Shown piece after piece: positions 11,901-25,524 of a stretch of 64,000 nt of DNA. The DNA is from Cenococcum geophilum. Lineage: Eukaryota. The translations under genes and the position numbers were made by a program. The notes beneath the pieces were generated by a model. It was not told where the DNA came from. It saw only the letters and a list, made by a program, of their open reading frames with translations, and searched no databases. Position 1 is the first letter of the stretch. The number at the start of each line of letters is the position of its first letter. The DNA lies in assembly GCA_050273025.1 (NCBI GenBank), contig CP158635.1, forward strand, positions 24,490,001 to 24,554,000, given 5' to 3'.

Positions 11901-14900
11901 GTACTGCTATTAATGCTAAATAAACCAGAAGTCCCTTAGCCGATTTAAGTTCACCCTTAAAAATAACTACGACTTTAACTTCTATATCATTGTTAACGTT
12001 ATATATTTTAGCAGTAAGCCAGTACTCCAAGTTATTAACTTTTTAACCTCCTTCTAAGCCGCACGATTCTTAAAGGATATATTAGCTAGGGACGTATAGG
12101 ATACCCTTTAATTATACTAAATTAATATCTACCTAGAACCCCCTAATTAAATCGTCTATAATGTAGGAAAGAACTTTTTATCCGCAAAGTTTTAACAATA
12201 GATAAAGGCAATAGCAATTAAGGTTAAGGAAGTCCCTATTAAGGCATATAATAGTATTAGAAAAGTAGAACGATATTACACACTATTACGCCGCGTATAT
12301 AAGATTATCTCTTTAAAACTAGAGGACGATAGTGAAGAACTTACCTTATAAATAGCTATTAAAGCTATTAATAATTCCGCTGGCCCAGATAGACTTATAC
12401 CTATATTACTAGTCTTTAGCGCCTACCCTTAAATAACTAATAATTCTCTACTATCTCCCTCTATTATATAACGAGCTAAGGCTATTTATAAGGTAACAAA
12501 GGAGGTATAATATCTCTACGCCACACGCTAGGTTAATAATACACTAGGAATAAGAAATAGCCCAAACACCTTAACTACGCTTAATCTGCCACTTTAGTCT
12601 AAGGTACGCGTATAGCGTAAAAAGGGGGGATAGTTAGGCCCACATTAACTTATTATAATTAATAGTTAAACTTACACTATTTAAATACCTTATAGACCCA
12701 CTTAATTCCATTTAACTATTATTAAGCCTTACTATAAAGATAATAGTTCTAAGCCTTTATAGGATACTATAGAAGATACCCTAAAGAAGAGCTATAATTA
12801 ATATACTCTAGAAGGCGACCACAATCCTAATATAATTATAGTAGATACGCCACAACCATAACGCGGTAGAGGTCGCCTAAAGGGATTATAAAATTACTAA
12901 CATCTTATTAATTTTAAAGAGCAATTTATTGCTGCTATTAAGAATAGAGTTAAGCTATTAATAGCCTTTATAACAGCTAAGGAGAAGGCTAACTTTAAAC
13001 TCGCAAAACAGCTCTAAAAGGAAGGTCGTATTATAACTCTAGGAGCTCCTTTCTAAGCATCCGACAAGCAGAAGATTAATGGTCTTATTATAAGAGGGGT
13101 CTTTAAATTCAAGAAGTATGACCCTACTAAGTTCGATAAAGTTCGCATCTTTAAGTTAAGAATAGTTAATAAGATTAAAGGCAAAGCTACTAACGCCCTA
13201 TTTAAGAAATTAAGGCTTATTATCTAAGGCTACAATAATAATAGTAAGGAGGTAATTCTTATATAATCTCCCACAATTTAACAAGCTAGTTAGCGAGTTA
13301 TTATTGCACTAGCTCCCTCCCTAATAAAGAATAGAATAGCAGTCTATCTATAAGATATTACTTAGGCCTACACCTAATTAGAGACGCACCTTTAGCGCTT
13401 AATATTAGTATACCTTTTAGAGTAAATTCGCCACTAATACTCCAAAGATATAATTATGGTTATGCTTAAGCTATTATATAGAATTATAGAGGCAGGAACT
13501 CACTAGTGGGCTACCTATAGTAAGCACCATAAAGAGAAGCTTTTAATAACTACTTTTATATTTAATCTATGCTTCCTTATCACAACTATAGGAACTCTAT
13601 TCGGAATTGTCGGCATATAAACTAATAATATAATTATCTTAGGAGATAACCAATTCTTAGCTCTTAAAGAAGATAAGCTAGTAAAGGCAAATCTTATAGT
13701 AAAGCTAAAGGAAAAGCTTAATTTAATAATACTATTACTCTTTAATAGATGTGTCCTCTCCCTAAACGAGGATTCTATTGTTTTATGCCAGAAGGGTTAA
13801 GGCAAGAAGATTAACATTATTAACGTTAATTCTCTAAAATAAGGATACGTAGAGTAACGTGCTTATAGAGCTTATATCGCTTCTATCTATTAACCTAAGG
13901 CTTTATTTAATCTCTCTATTGCCGCTTAACACTAGGAACTAACTAAGAATAACGTCCTTACCCTAAATAAGCGTCTCTCTTAGTAAATAAACTATCTTGA
14001 CCGGGGACTACTCTACGTGCCTATTAATCTTCCCACCGCTAAGCTCTTTATATTTATTAATAAATCATTTATAAATAATAAAGATTTTAGCTCCTAGCTA
14101 GGATATAAGATTATTATCGCAAATAAATCTACCAGAGAGAATGACTTCACGATCTACGGTAATCTTATCTATTAGAGCTTAACTAAAAGCAAGCGCATTA
14201 CTTAAAGCGTTCTAGCATTAGAGATATATAGAATAGTTAGCGGAGTTAATATAGCAATTGCAATTGGAACTACCCTAAAGATAATTACAGATTAACTCAA
14301 ACTTCCCGTTATCCCTATAATTATATATACCGACTTATACTCCCTCTATAAGTGCTTAGTTAAGCTTAATACTATAAAGGAGAAGCGCCTTATAATTAAT
14401 ATTATAGCACTTTATTAATCCTACAAACGGTAAGAACTCTTTAAGATTTAATAGATTAACGGTTAAGATAACCTAGTAGATATAATAACGAAGGCAAACC
14501 TAAACAAGGCTCTAGAAACGTTTGTTAATATAAATACTTTACGCGTATAAGTTAAAGGTTGGGTTAAAAGGGAGTAAGAGCATAACGCTCTATAGACCCT
14601 AATTTCAACTAGCCAATCAGGATTTTCCATACCCAGCATAGAAAATTGCTATTAGCTCGCTTATAGCTAGCGCCTTAGCGGCCCTAATGGCCCTAACACG
14701 ATGTCTACCCACGACTTTTTAGCAAGAAAGCACTATATACTAAGAGGCAAATTTTGGGACAGCGAGACTTATATTATAATGGCAATAGTAAGTAAAAAGG
14801 ATCTATATTTATTATAATAGTTAAGCAGTATTTATATATAGAGGGTAACCACAAAAGAAGAGTTGCTAGTGTCGGGAATGAGGCAATTTGCCATCACGTG

Positions 14901-15036
14901 TCGCCGCGGCACTAGCGTGGCGAGGAGCCTTAGGCTCCTCGCCCTTCCTCATTCTAATTAAAAAGCTTTATTAACCAACATCACTGTAACCCTACTCGAG
15001 TAGTCGTTATTGGTGAGTCACCCTATGTGACCAACA
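8968..15036 (+). mobile_element. Full-length Ty1/Copia retrotransposon, copy 1 (RIP-inactivated)
   Basis: LTRs 8968-9175 and 14870-15036. TSD aatag (8963-8967, 15037-15041). gag; protease IMPDTGAA near 11400; integrase (LHRRFGHP, EAHNSIGKVERYH); RT (KSRLVIQGY, LKPLYGIAEAGTHW); RNaseH (RSVLASE, EKRLMIDI), in Copia order. Confidence 0.95.
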
Positions 15037-17249
15037 AATAGGATTAGAGTAGTAAAGGTTAAGCTACTATCTATTAAGCGATTCTTAGAAGAAAAGTTAA
15101 AACTTAAAGAATTCCTTATATAAATGCACTTTAAGGTTATATAAGAGAGAGTAAAACTAGGAACGCCTATAGATTAAGTCGCTTATATAGGACTATTCTT
15201 AATAGGAAGAGCACTTAAGTGGTTTAAGCCTTACCTTACGGAGGTATAGGAATATAGTATAACAACTATTAACTAGGAGGTACGGTATATGTTCTTAAGT
15301 TAAAATAGGTTTACGGAACGCCTAATATAAATATTTAAAGACCTAGAGGCAACTACTATAGTAGAAAGAAAGCTTTAAAACTTAGTATAAAGAACTTTAG
15401 TAATTAAGTATATAATACAATTTTAAACGTTGGTAATATAGGTTAAATAGAATAATAAGGCGCTTATAGTATAGTATAAATAAAGACTTAATGTAAAAGT
15501 CTAGGATATAATTATCCTAATAGAAGATACAGACACTCTTAGGGAATTAATTAATTAAGCAATTAAGATTAATAATAGGATCTACTAAAAAGAGTAGACT
15601 AAAAAGGGTTAGGATAGAGTTCTATAGTTATATAAGGCGCAGGGCACGTAACAATAAAGTTATAGTTAAAAACTATAGTATGGCGCAGAGCTAATAAACC
15701 TAAGTGGTACTAAAAAAAATTAAAATTAAAATAAACAACTATACAAACCTAGAAGATAGGGATTTAGTAATTAAAGGTTTAAGGAGCAGAGGCTAAACTA
15801 GGGATTTTAGTAGCAGAAGATATTTAGGCGGACTCTATAGCAAGAAAAATGGTTTAAAGAAAGAGCTTATATAAATTACAGAAAATAGAGTTATTATATT
15901 AAAGACTATAAAAATAGTTAGAGTTACTATATAGTAAAAGGAATGAGATTAGTAGAAGATATATATATATAAAGGGATAATAGTATACTATAAGGAATAA
16001 AAGAATGTTTAATTAAAAGTTTTGCGTTTTATTATAATAATATATACCTAATTTATAAGGACGCTAAATACGGCGTAAGCTATTAGCCGTAGGAACTAAA
16101 ATTATTAGAGTTTAGAGAAATAAACGAACCACTTTATAGATCGGATATTAAAGATGATAAATTTAATATAGGCAAAATATTTAGTAATAATAAGGTAATA
16201 AAGGTAGCTTACTAGGAGTATATAGACCTTAGAGATATTATAAAAAGGGTAGAGGATAATTCCACTATAGAATAGGGAATATTAGTAGGGATTAAGACCC
16301 CACTAAATATAATATCTATCGCTTTATAAGACGTAAGAGAAGTAAAATAGTAAACTACTTTAGCACTTAATAAAGGTAAAAGGCTAAAAGCTTAAGATTC
16401 TTAAGAAGAGATAAAAGACGCTTAAGATTCCAAAGACGGGATAAAATAAGCTTAAGAACCTATAATAGACGATAACTAATAGAGTGGAGTAATAGCTTAG
16501 TTTAGTAATATATAAATAAGCTCGGGATGGAGTTTTCTAAAGGTATAAGATTCTTAAGATAAAATAAGTAAGATTTAAGACTTTTAAAATAAGATAAGAA
16601 TACTATATAAGCCTAGTTAAACTAAGGCTAGAGCTAAGCTTAAGAAGAAAGCAAGCTTAGAATTAAGAATCCTATAGGGCTAAAATTTCTAGATATAAAT
16701 AAGGACTATTAAACAAACTAAGATTAAGAAGTAAGAAAACTTTAAGGATTTACTTGCGAGGTAAAAACTAAAAGAAACCATAACAGAATTTAGAGAAAGA
16801 ATTATTGCATAGTAATAGCAGAAACTAGATTAAAGGACTAGTATATTAGATTATACTAAGAATAGAGCACTTATATAAAGAATTACTAATAGGCCTAAGG
16901 TAGGTATACTAAAAGTTAAGTAGCTTACTAAACTGGAAAATAAAGAGGATTTAGGGATCTCTATTAGATTTAAAGAATAATATATAAAGGGCTATTATAA
17001 CGTAGTAATAAAAAGATACTTTTTTACAGATAAGCCGTATATACTCCAGTAGCTATACTAAAAGTGGTATAGATAAAGGCATAACAATAAGTGGGAAGAT
17101 TTCTATATATAGATAAATAAAAGAGTTATTTAAGACTACCCTATTATAAAAAAGGTAATAAGTTATATTAAAGGGGCCTTAATTATAATATTTAAGGATC
17201 TAAAAGAATAATTAGAGGACTAGAGAAGTAAGAGATATATCTTAGTACC

Positions 17250-17428
17250 TGTTGGGAATAAAGGCAACTGGTCATTATATGAGGCAAATTGCCATCACGT
17301 GTCGCCGCGGCACTAGCGTGGCGAGGAGTCTTGGGCTCCTCGCCCTCCCTTATTTCCTAGATATATAATAACAATCATTATACTATCTACGAACCGTAGC
17401 TACGTGATATCACCTTATGTAACCAACA
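17250..17428 (+). repeat. Solo LTR of a related Copia family
   Basis: tgttggg...accaaca with TSD gtacc on both sides. Shares gccatcacgtgtcgccgcggcactagcgtggcgaggag with the Copia LTRs. Confidence 0.93.
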
Positions 17429-18745
17429 GTACCTATAAATAAAGTTATAACATTTAGATTAATATAATAAAGGTTTAAACTTAAAAATAAAGATAAATTA
17501 CGAGTTAACCTAAAGCACCTAGTATAATATACGCTATTATAGATTGCATGCGTAAATAATATATACGATATATACAAAAGTCTAAAAGAAAAGAATTAGA
17601 AGTACCCTATAAGGATATATTAGGTGCTAAATAAGCAATAATATAAGAATGCTAAGTATATACACGGATAGTATCTAGTAAAAGTTTAGGAGTTAGGGGA
17701 CTTAATACTTTAACTAAAAAGATTCCTTACGGAAGAATACTTAAACGGATAATAGTAGTGGAAATACCTAAAGAATACGTATCTATAGTATATAGAGGAT
17801 AAAAAGTAAACTAGGTATTGGCTAAAGAATAAGCTAAGTGCAATAGGATTAAGTAGCTAATAGTTAGAAAAAGTTAAGTCCTATAGGACTAAAGGGAGCT
17901 AGTAGTAAAGCCTTAAACCCTTAAAGGAATTTAAGAAAAATACCTAAATTTGCGGATTAAATAGTAAGATTAATAGTTTAAAGCGTTAATAAATAGTAGA
18001 GCAATAAGAAACTATATCTTACTAGCAGCAGTTAAAAAAATAGAATTACCTCATAGGTAGAAGGAATAGCCTTACCTATTAATTATAATTTTAGGAGATC
18101 TAATAACCTATAGAGGAGGGATTATTAATCTTAAAACAGAACCTATTTAAATAACTATTAAAGAAAGATAAATTAAGATGTCTTTTAATATCCTACTATT
18201 GGGACGGGATAAGGCAGTATTAGAAATACCTTAGTTATAAGAATATAATCTAAAGATTAATTAAATTATAGGTTAGGTTAATATTAGGGATACTTAATAA
18301 TATAAAATATAATAATAGATTAAGTTAGTATAGTACTAAGTTAGAGCAATATATAAAGAGACTAAGTAAGGCTTAAGTTATGTACTAAAGAAATATTATA
18401 AGTATAGTAAAAAACTATAGAGCTTAAAAAGTAAAAAGTTAGTAAATAATATATTATAGAACTATAAGATAGAGTTAGAACTAGGAATAAGTCTAAGGTT
18501 CTTTCTAACCTATAAGCTTACTTAAAAGAAGTTAAGAGCACTTAAAGAGTTTATCTAAGAAAATCTATAAAAGGGATATATTAGACTATTATAGTTATTA
18601 GTAGAATATCTAGTACTATTTATACTAAAGAAAAACGGAAAACTTAGACTATATATTAACTATAAATAGTTAAATAATATTACTTAAAAGGATAGATATC
18701 CTTTACTCTTAATTAGCGAGATTTAAGATTAGATAGGTAATATAT

Positions 18746-21677
18746 TGTCTATACGAGTAGAGGTTATAAATATTGTTATTAGATAAATGGCGTAGAGCGT
18801 ATGCGGTAGGGGCTGTATGCGTAGCGTAGGTCACCTAACTGCCTACGGCCCAATAGATAGCCCGACCTTTACTACCCCTTTCTTTCTCTTTTAGTAGACG
18901 AGAAGATAAGACACGAATAAACTAAGAACCAGTTACCTTATATTGCAATTATAGTACCCCCCCAGGTAATACCGATACTAATTAGTGATATTACAGATTA
19001 GAATCCGGTGTTATTATAAAGAGAGATAATACGCGATCGCTCCTACCAAGGCCCGTTAATCTCGTCGCGTTTACTAAGGAGAACCCTTCCTACTAAGGCC
19101 CTAGGAACTTAAAGAACCGACTCCTACCAAGGCTTCGTTTGGTTCGCGTCTATTACGCAAAACAACCACTTAAGAGACGACACGCGATCGCTCCTACTAA
19201 GACCCGTCAATCACGTCGCGTTTGCTAAGGAGAACCCTTCCTACTAAGGCCCTAGGAACTTAAAGAACTGGCTCCTACCAAGGCTTTGTCCGGTTCGCGT
19301 CTATTACGCAAATTAATACCTAGTACGACCTCTTTACTAAGCGCTAGTACACCCAGCAGCGTTAGCAGCACCCCCTACCTATACTACAATCTACACTAGT
19401 CAATTATATCCGACACAGGAATCTAATGTCCGGACTAGGGCAATGGAATTACCCTAACCAATAAGACTACCGCAAAAGACATTACTAACTATATTAACTT
19501 TAAAATTAATAAGTATACTAAGCGTAACTTTAAGGATAAAAGCTTATAGGAATTATACTAAGAGGACTTTAATAATTTTAAGGTACAGATATTTAAGGAC
19601 GCTTATAGGTCCGTAATTAAGGAACTTAAACAACTACTCTAACGTAATAGAGTATGGGTCTTTAATAAGAAGAGCATGTTAGTACCATAAGCACTGTACG
19701 ACGTCGCCCATAAGGACGACCCTATGGAATAGTTAGATAAAGAAATTAAGCTATACATTAACAGTAAAGGACCCTTTAATTCGTATATTATCAACCGTTG
19801 TCTTAAATCACGTTCATTAACTCCCTTAACGTCATCTATTACCCTAACCCCAGCTATCTCAAATAACCCTCCCCCTACGGCCGAGCCCCCCTCGCCTACG
19901 AACGTCACGGCTTCCCCTATAAACGTTATAGCTCCTCCTACAAAAGTCACAGCCGCCGTTAACTACGGTAGAGACTTAGCAACCCTAGTAAAGATATATA
20001 TAGAGGAAAGCAAATATAGTAGAGAGGATAACAACTTTAACCGCAAGCTTACGATTTTTAATAACCTTTGTAATAGAGTTAATATACTATAAGTGGCAAA
20101 GATTAAAGCCTTTCTAATAATGCTATATGGTATTGCTTTTAATTTCTACTATAAGAATAAGGCAACCTATATCACTTTTAATAACATCTACAATGCTATA
20201 CGCAATTACTTTAAAGAACTAGAATATAAGCGCGGAGTTCTAATAAAGTAGAACGCTATAACCCTTAAGACAGTAATAATAAAAAACGAAGGCAAGTTTA
20301 TAGGGGACTGCCTATAGCTACTGCTTAACGACCTTCGTTATTTACAGCACGGTCTTAACGCTAACCTTCGCAATGACGATTTCCTATATAACAAGCTCAT
20401 CGTCGCTTATTAAGACGTCGCTACTTACTAGGCAGCTTGCTTAAACCTACCTACTATACTTACTAGCCTTATAAACAGCCTACAATTATTAATCGTCACT
20501 TATAAGAAGATTAATAGTACTATAGAATAACCTGCTAATGTATTCTTACAGCCTATAAAACAGCCCACTAACGTATTCTTTACTAACCATCGCTATTACT
20601 AACTAACGTCTTAACCAAGCTCATCAAATAATCATTACGGTAACAACACTAGGACATACTTTATATATAAGAAAGGAGATTATTAGTTAACTAGGTATAC
20701 TAAAGAAGAACATAACAAAGTAAGAGAAGGATTTAAGAGACGTGTCCACTAGTACCTCGCGGATAACAATATTAATAACGACTTTGATAAGGACATAGTT
20801 CCAACTACTACTAGCGGCAATTTCTTCTACGACGACTATGGTATTAAGCACTTTATAACTTTAAATAGGCTAATACTAATTAAAACCGCTAAGAATATAG
20901 TTACGTCTATAAACAATAATGCCTTTGCCTATAGCCTTACTGGTAGTATAGAACCTAGTGGTATAGAACCTGGTGGTACGGAACCTGGTATAGTAAGACG
21001 CAATAATAAGGGCAAAAATACTACCTACTTCTGCGATGACGATAACGACGTCAATATAGAGAACCTCACTGTTAACATCGACTTCCTTAACTGTCATTTC
21101 GACAATAACGGATAGGACTCAGCCCTTCCACCTATTTTACCCTATAGTCTGCAACAGCTCTACAACTCTTATACCTTCCGAAGCCGCCATACCTTTAGTT
21201 CTAACTTTAACTACGCTCTGTTACGGGATACCTTAGTAACACCTTATACGCGCCTACCTGTCTCCACCGCAATATCCAAACATTCACGATATCCGCAATA
21301 TCCGTAACGATATCCGCAACGTCTACAATATCCGTAATATTCGCAATACCTAAGATATCCGCGATTACTGCCCTAAGCACCTGTTGACCTATATACTTCT
21401 CTTTTATACTTTCTTACCTTCTTTCCTTTTTATAAATGTCGCCAGTGTCTATACGAGTAGAGGTTATAAATATTGTTATTAGATGAATGGCGTAGAGCGT
21501 ATACGGTAGGGGCTGTATGCGTAGCGTAGGTCACCTAACTGCCTACGGCCCGATAGATAGCCCGACCTTTACTACCCCTTTCTTTCTCTTTTAGTAGACG
21601 AGAAGATAAGACACGAATAAACCAAGAACTAGTTACCTTATATTGCAATTGCAGTACCCCCCCAGGTGATACCGATA
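18746..21677 (+). mobile_element. Gag-only non-autonomous Copia-type LTR element (TR-GAG-like)
   Basis: Near-identical 232-bp LTRs at 18746-18977 and 21446-21677. TSD tatat. Internal Copia-type gag (IYTEESKYSGEDDNFDRKL..AFPTMLRG..CFICKK.DCWSTRH). No PR/IN/RT/RH motifs. About 150-bp tandem duplication at 19030-19310. Confidence 0.9.
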
Positions 21678-22244
21678 TATATAAATCTTTATAAAGATAA
21701 ATCTAAGATAGGCGTACCATTAAATTAGGATTAAGGAAGGCGATAAATAAAAGGCAGCTTTTAGATTAAGAGAAGAACTATATAAACTATTAGTTATATA
21801 ATTTAGGTTAATAAATATATTAGCAATATTTTAGAAACGAATTAATAGTATATTAGAAGAACATCTTAATAAGTTTATTATAGTATACCTTAATAATAAT
21901 ATTATCTACTTAATAACTATGGAAGAGCATAGGGAACACGTTAAATAGGTCTTAAAGAGACTATAAGAAGAATAGATGCTAGTAGTAATTAAGAAATATA
22001 AGTTCTTTATAAAGAAGACTAATTTTATAGGATTTATTATTAAACTAGGTTATATTAGTATAGACCTAAAGAAAATTAAAGCTATAGTAAGTTGGTAAGA
22101 ACTAGAGAATATAATATAGTTAAGGTTATTTTTAGGGTTTTATAACTACTATAGAAGGTTTATAGTATAATAGTTAAAAAAATATTAAACCGTTTACTAG
22201 GCTTATAAAGAAAAAGGAACTATAAGTATAGGGAAATAAATAAA

Positions 22245-22980
22245 GGACACTGATAGCCGTATACCCCCTAAATGATACGTATATACCCCCCAATTAATAT
22301 ATATATACCCCCTACCTTATTTAGTTTAGATGCTTCCTTATTAAGTTAGATGCTTCCTTATTAAGTTAGAGTATCACATGCGTTTGACTTGTTTGCGCCT
22401 GCATCACGAAAATTAAAGTGTGAGCCTATAGTATAGCCAGTATTTCGCTCAAATGCTGAGGGCTCTCTATGAGTGGATCTATCGACGCGATTAGCAATTG
22501 TAGAGCCAGTTGTAGAGTTAATTGGCCGACCGCCGCGACGCTCTACGATTGCAGGCTCTTGGATGCGAAGCATAGGTGTTGGTTTGGGTCCCGCCGGGCG
22601 CGCGGGCGTGGGTGGGCGCGAAGCGTAGCAGCACCCAAATCAGTTTGTGCGACGCCTCACAAAGCACTACGCAATCTAATTAATCGACTTAAGCACGATC
22701 CAAATTTAGACTCCACTACTTATACTATAACTAAAATCAAGACTTAATCGTAATATTGCAGTTATAAAACTTACATGGCGCGCACTTTGATTTTCGTGAT
22801 GTAGGCGCAAACAAGTCAAACGCACGTGATACTTTATCTTAATGAGGAAGCATCTAACTTAATAAGGAAGCATCTAAATTAAATAAGGTAGGGGGTGTAT
22901 ACGTATTATTTAGGGGGTATATGCGTATCATTTAGGGGGTATATACGTATTATTTAGGGGGTATATGGCTATCAGTGTCC
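22245..22980 (-). mobile_element. Mutator-like (MULE) non-autonomous deletion derivative
   Basis: About 190-bp TIRs GGACACTGATAGCC...GGCTATCAGTGTCC with internal tandem repeats. 8-bp TSD taaataaa (22237-22244, 22981-22988). Internal remnant IQEPAIVERRGGRP..STHREPSAFE resembles fungal MULE transposase C-termini. Confidence 0.88.
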
Positions 22981-24929
22981 TAAATAAAAGAAGTTATTTA
23001 AAGAACTTAAGAAACTATTTACCTAAGAGCTAATCCTTAAAATCTATTAACTAGAACTAGACATAGTTATAAAAACAGACGTATTGAACTTTATACTAGG
23101 AGTATATAGCATCTAGTAGCATATTATAGTTGGAAAATAATACTACTAGAGTTAAACTATAATGTCTATAATAAGGAGTTATTAAGTATAGTTATAGTAC
23201 TTAAAAAATAAAGAGCATTTTTATAAGGCGTAAAAAAACTATTTATAGTTAAGATAGATTATAAGAACCTAATAGGGTTTCTAATAATAAAAGAACTTAA
23301 TTATAAATAGGTTAGATAGGTAGAGATGCTTATAGAATACTATTTTAAAATTTAGTATACTAAAGGAACTAAAAATATAAGAATAGACGCGCTAAGTAGA
23401 AAAGCTAAACTATAAAATAACGAGAAACTATTAGGAGTGATACTACGTAGAGATAAGGACAGATTAATTAGATATAATTACTCTAAGCTAGTAGTAACTT
23501 AAGAGAATAATAAACTAAGAAGAGTCTATAAGACACTAAAAAGCTTTTAGGTATAAAGAATTTTAAAAATATAGCGAGAAGATCTATAGATAGATATATA
23601 TAAGAATTAGGAAGTAAAGTATATCCTAAAGAGTATAGTAGAGCATTTTATAGAAGATTTCTATAGGGGAATAACTTAAGGGCATAACGGAGCAATAGGC
23701 TTAGTATTAAGACTTTAAAAAAATTAACAGAATCTAGGGTATAGCTAGAAAAGTAATAAAAGAGTATCTAGATTACTAAAGGAATAAACTAATAAGATAT
23801 AGGCTATATAAAGGGCTATAACCTATTAAAATACTAGAGAGACTATAGGAGATTATATTATAGGACTTTATTATTAAGCTACTAAAGTTAAAAGATCTTA
23901 TTACCGGAGAAGAGTATAATATAATCCTAGTAATAGTAAACAAGTTAATAAAATAGGGCTACTTTATAGCATATATAGAAGAAATCTTAGCAGAAGATAT
24001 CGCTAAAATTTATATTAAATAAATGTTTATAAGGTATAGAGTACTAAGTATAATTATATTAAATAGAGATCTAAAATTTATAGTAGTATTCTAAGAGGTA
24101 TTTTTAGCGAAATAAGGGGTTCGCGTAGTAATATTAATAGTATATTACCTACAGACAGATGGCTAGATAGAAAGATTAAATTAAATACTAAAATAGTATC
24201 TAAGATATTATATTAATTACGCGCAGAATAATTAGGTATTGTTATTACTAGTTATATAGTTTATATATAATATAACACTATAAGAAGAAATAGGCATATT
24301 ACTATTTAAGGCAAATTATAGATGTAAGCTAAGAATATTGTTATTACTAAAATAAGTAAAGAAAATAAGTAGTATAGCTAAAGAAAGAATAAAGATACTA
24401 ATTAATCTTTACATAGACCTTATAGAATTAGCGAAAAAGGTATAAGAAAAGATAAAAAGATACTATAACGCTAAGAGATCTAAAGGACTAGATCTTAAAG
24501 AGGGGGATAAAGTATAGCTACTATACAAATTTTTTAAGAGTTAATAACTAAGTAAGAAGTTAGACTATGTTAAACTAAGACCTTTTAAAATTATATAGAG
24601 AATTTTACTAGTTATATTTAAGTTAAACCTACTAGCTAAGATAAAGATCTACCCTATATAGCATATTATAATACTAGAGCTAGTATATAGGAATATTAAG
24701 CCATTAATTTATAAAGTAGATATATATAAAGGACAAAAGGAAGACAAATAGTAAGTTTTAAAGATTATTAATTATAAGGACATTAATAATAAAATATAAT
24801 ACGAGGTTAAGTAGATAGGCTATAATAAGACTGCCTAGAAACTACTATAGAATTTTAAAAATGCTATAGGAAAGGTATAGGAGTATTAAAAGAAAACAGG
24901 TTAAGTAATATTAAGAAGGAGCTAAAGGT

Positions 24930-25524
24930 AAAAGAATTAGTTAAAGGTAATAAACAAGCCAGATTATCTAAGGGATCCACTACTAGCGTATTAGTTGTTT
25001 CCACCTTAACTTAATTAAAATTCTTTTTAGCCTCCTTAGCCTTAAGCTTAAATAGACCTTACTCTACTAAACGTAACTTCTTTAAGCGTACCTTTTTTTA
25101 AACCTTTACTAAACGGCTTAGGCGAGTATAAGTATCTAGTTAAGCTTTTAGAGCCTAAAATACCTTATTAAAACAACATTAAACTTTAATAAGGGCCTTA
25201 GCCAGCTTACTCTCTAGTCTTTTAGCCGCTACTAATATATGGGACCCTAAGGCAGATTAAATAAGGAGCTAGACAGTTATAAAAAATAATAAGACGTATA
25301 TACTTAGCATTAAAGATAAATTAAATATTATAGGATAATCGTATATTTGCTCGCGTATACTTAGTATAAAAAGAAGGTTAATAACTAGACGGAGCTATAA
25401 TTATAATATATATTAACTTCTTCTCCACGCAATAAGAATAAGACGGTATAACTTTACTAAGTAATAGAATAAATATTACTAGCCAGTTATAACGATTAGA
25501 TGCAGAGGATCTAATAAAAGGCAC
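24930..25524 (-). pseudogene. Antisense accessory gene in Gypsy A copy 2: Zn2Cys6-like plus coiled coil, predicted 55-nt intron 25247-25301
   Basis: De-RIPed LGEVMPSCSRCVEKKLVCIAIAAPSSRQPSSCTECTRANMRSSCDVRSVSDAE/WSH. Same intron position and length as copy 1. Ends approximate. Confidence 0.7.

Noticed and set aside
21285..21365. cgatatccgca repeats resembling the 18-bp repeat in the intact gag (about 59510-59590)
   Set aside because: The shared core is only 11 bp, with different periodicity and no flanking similarity.
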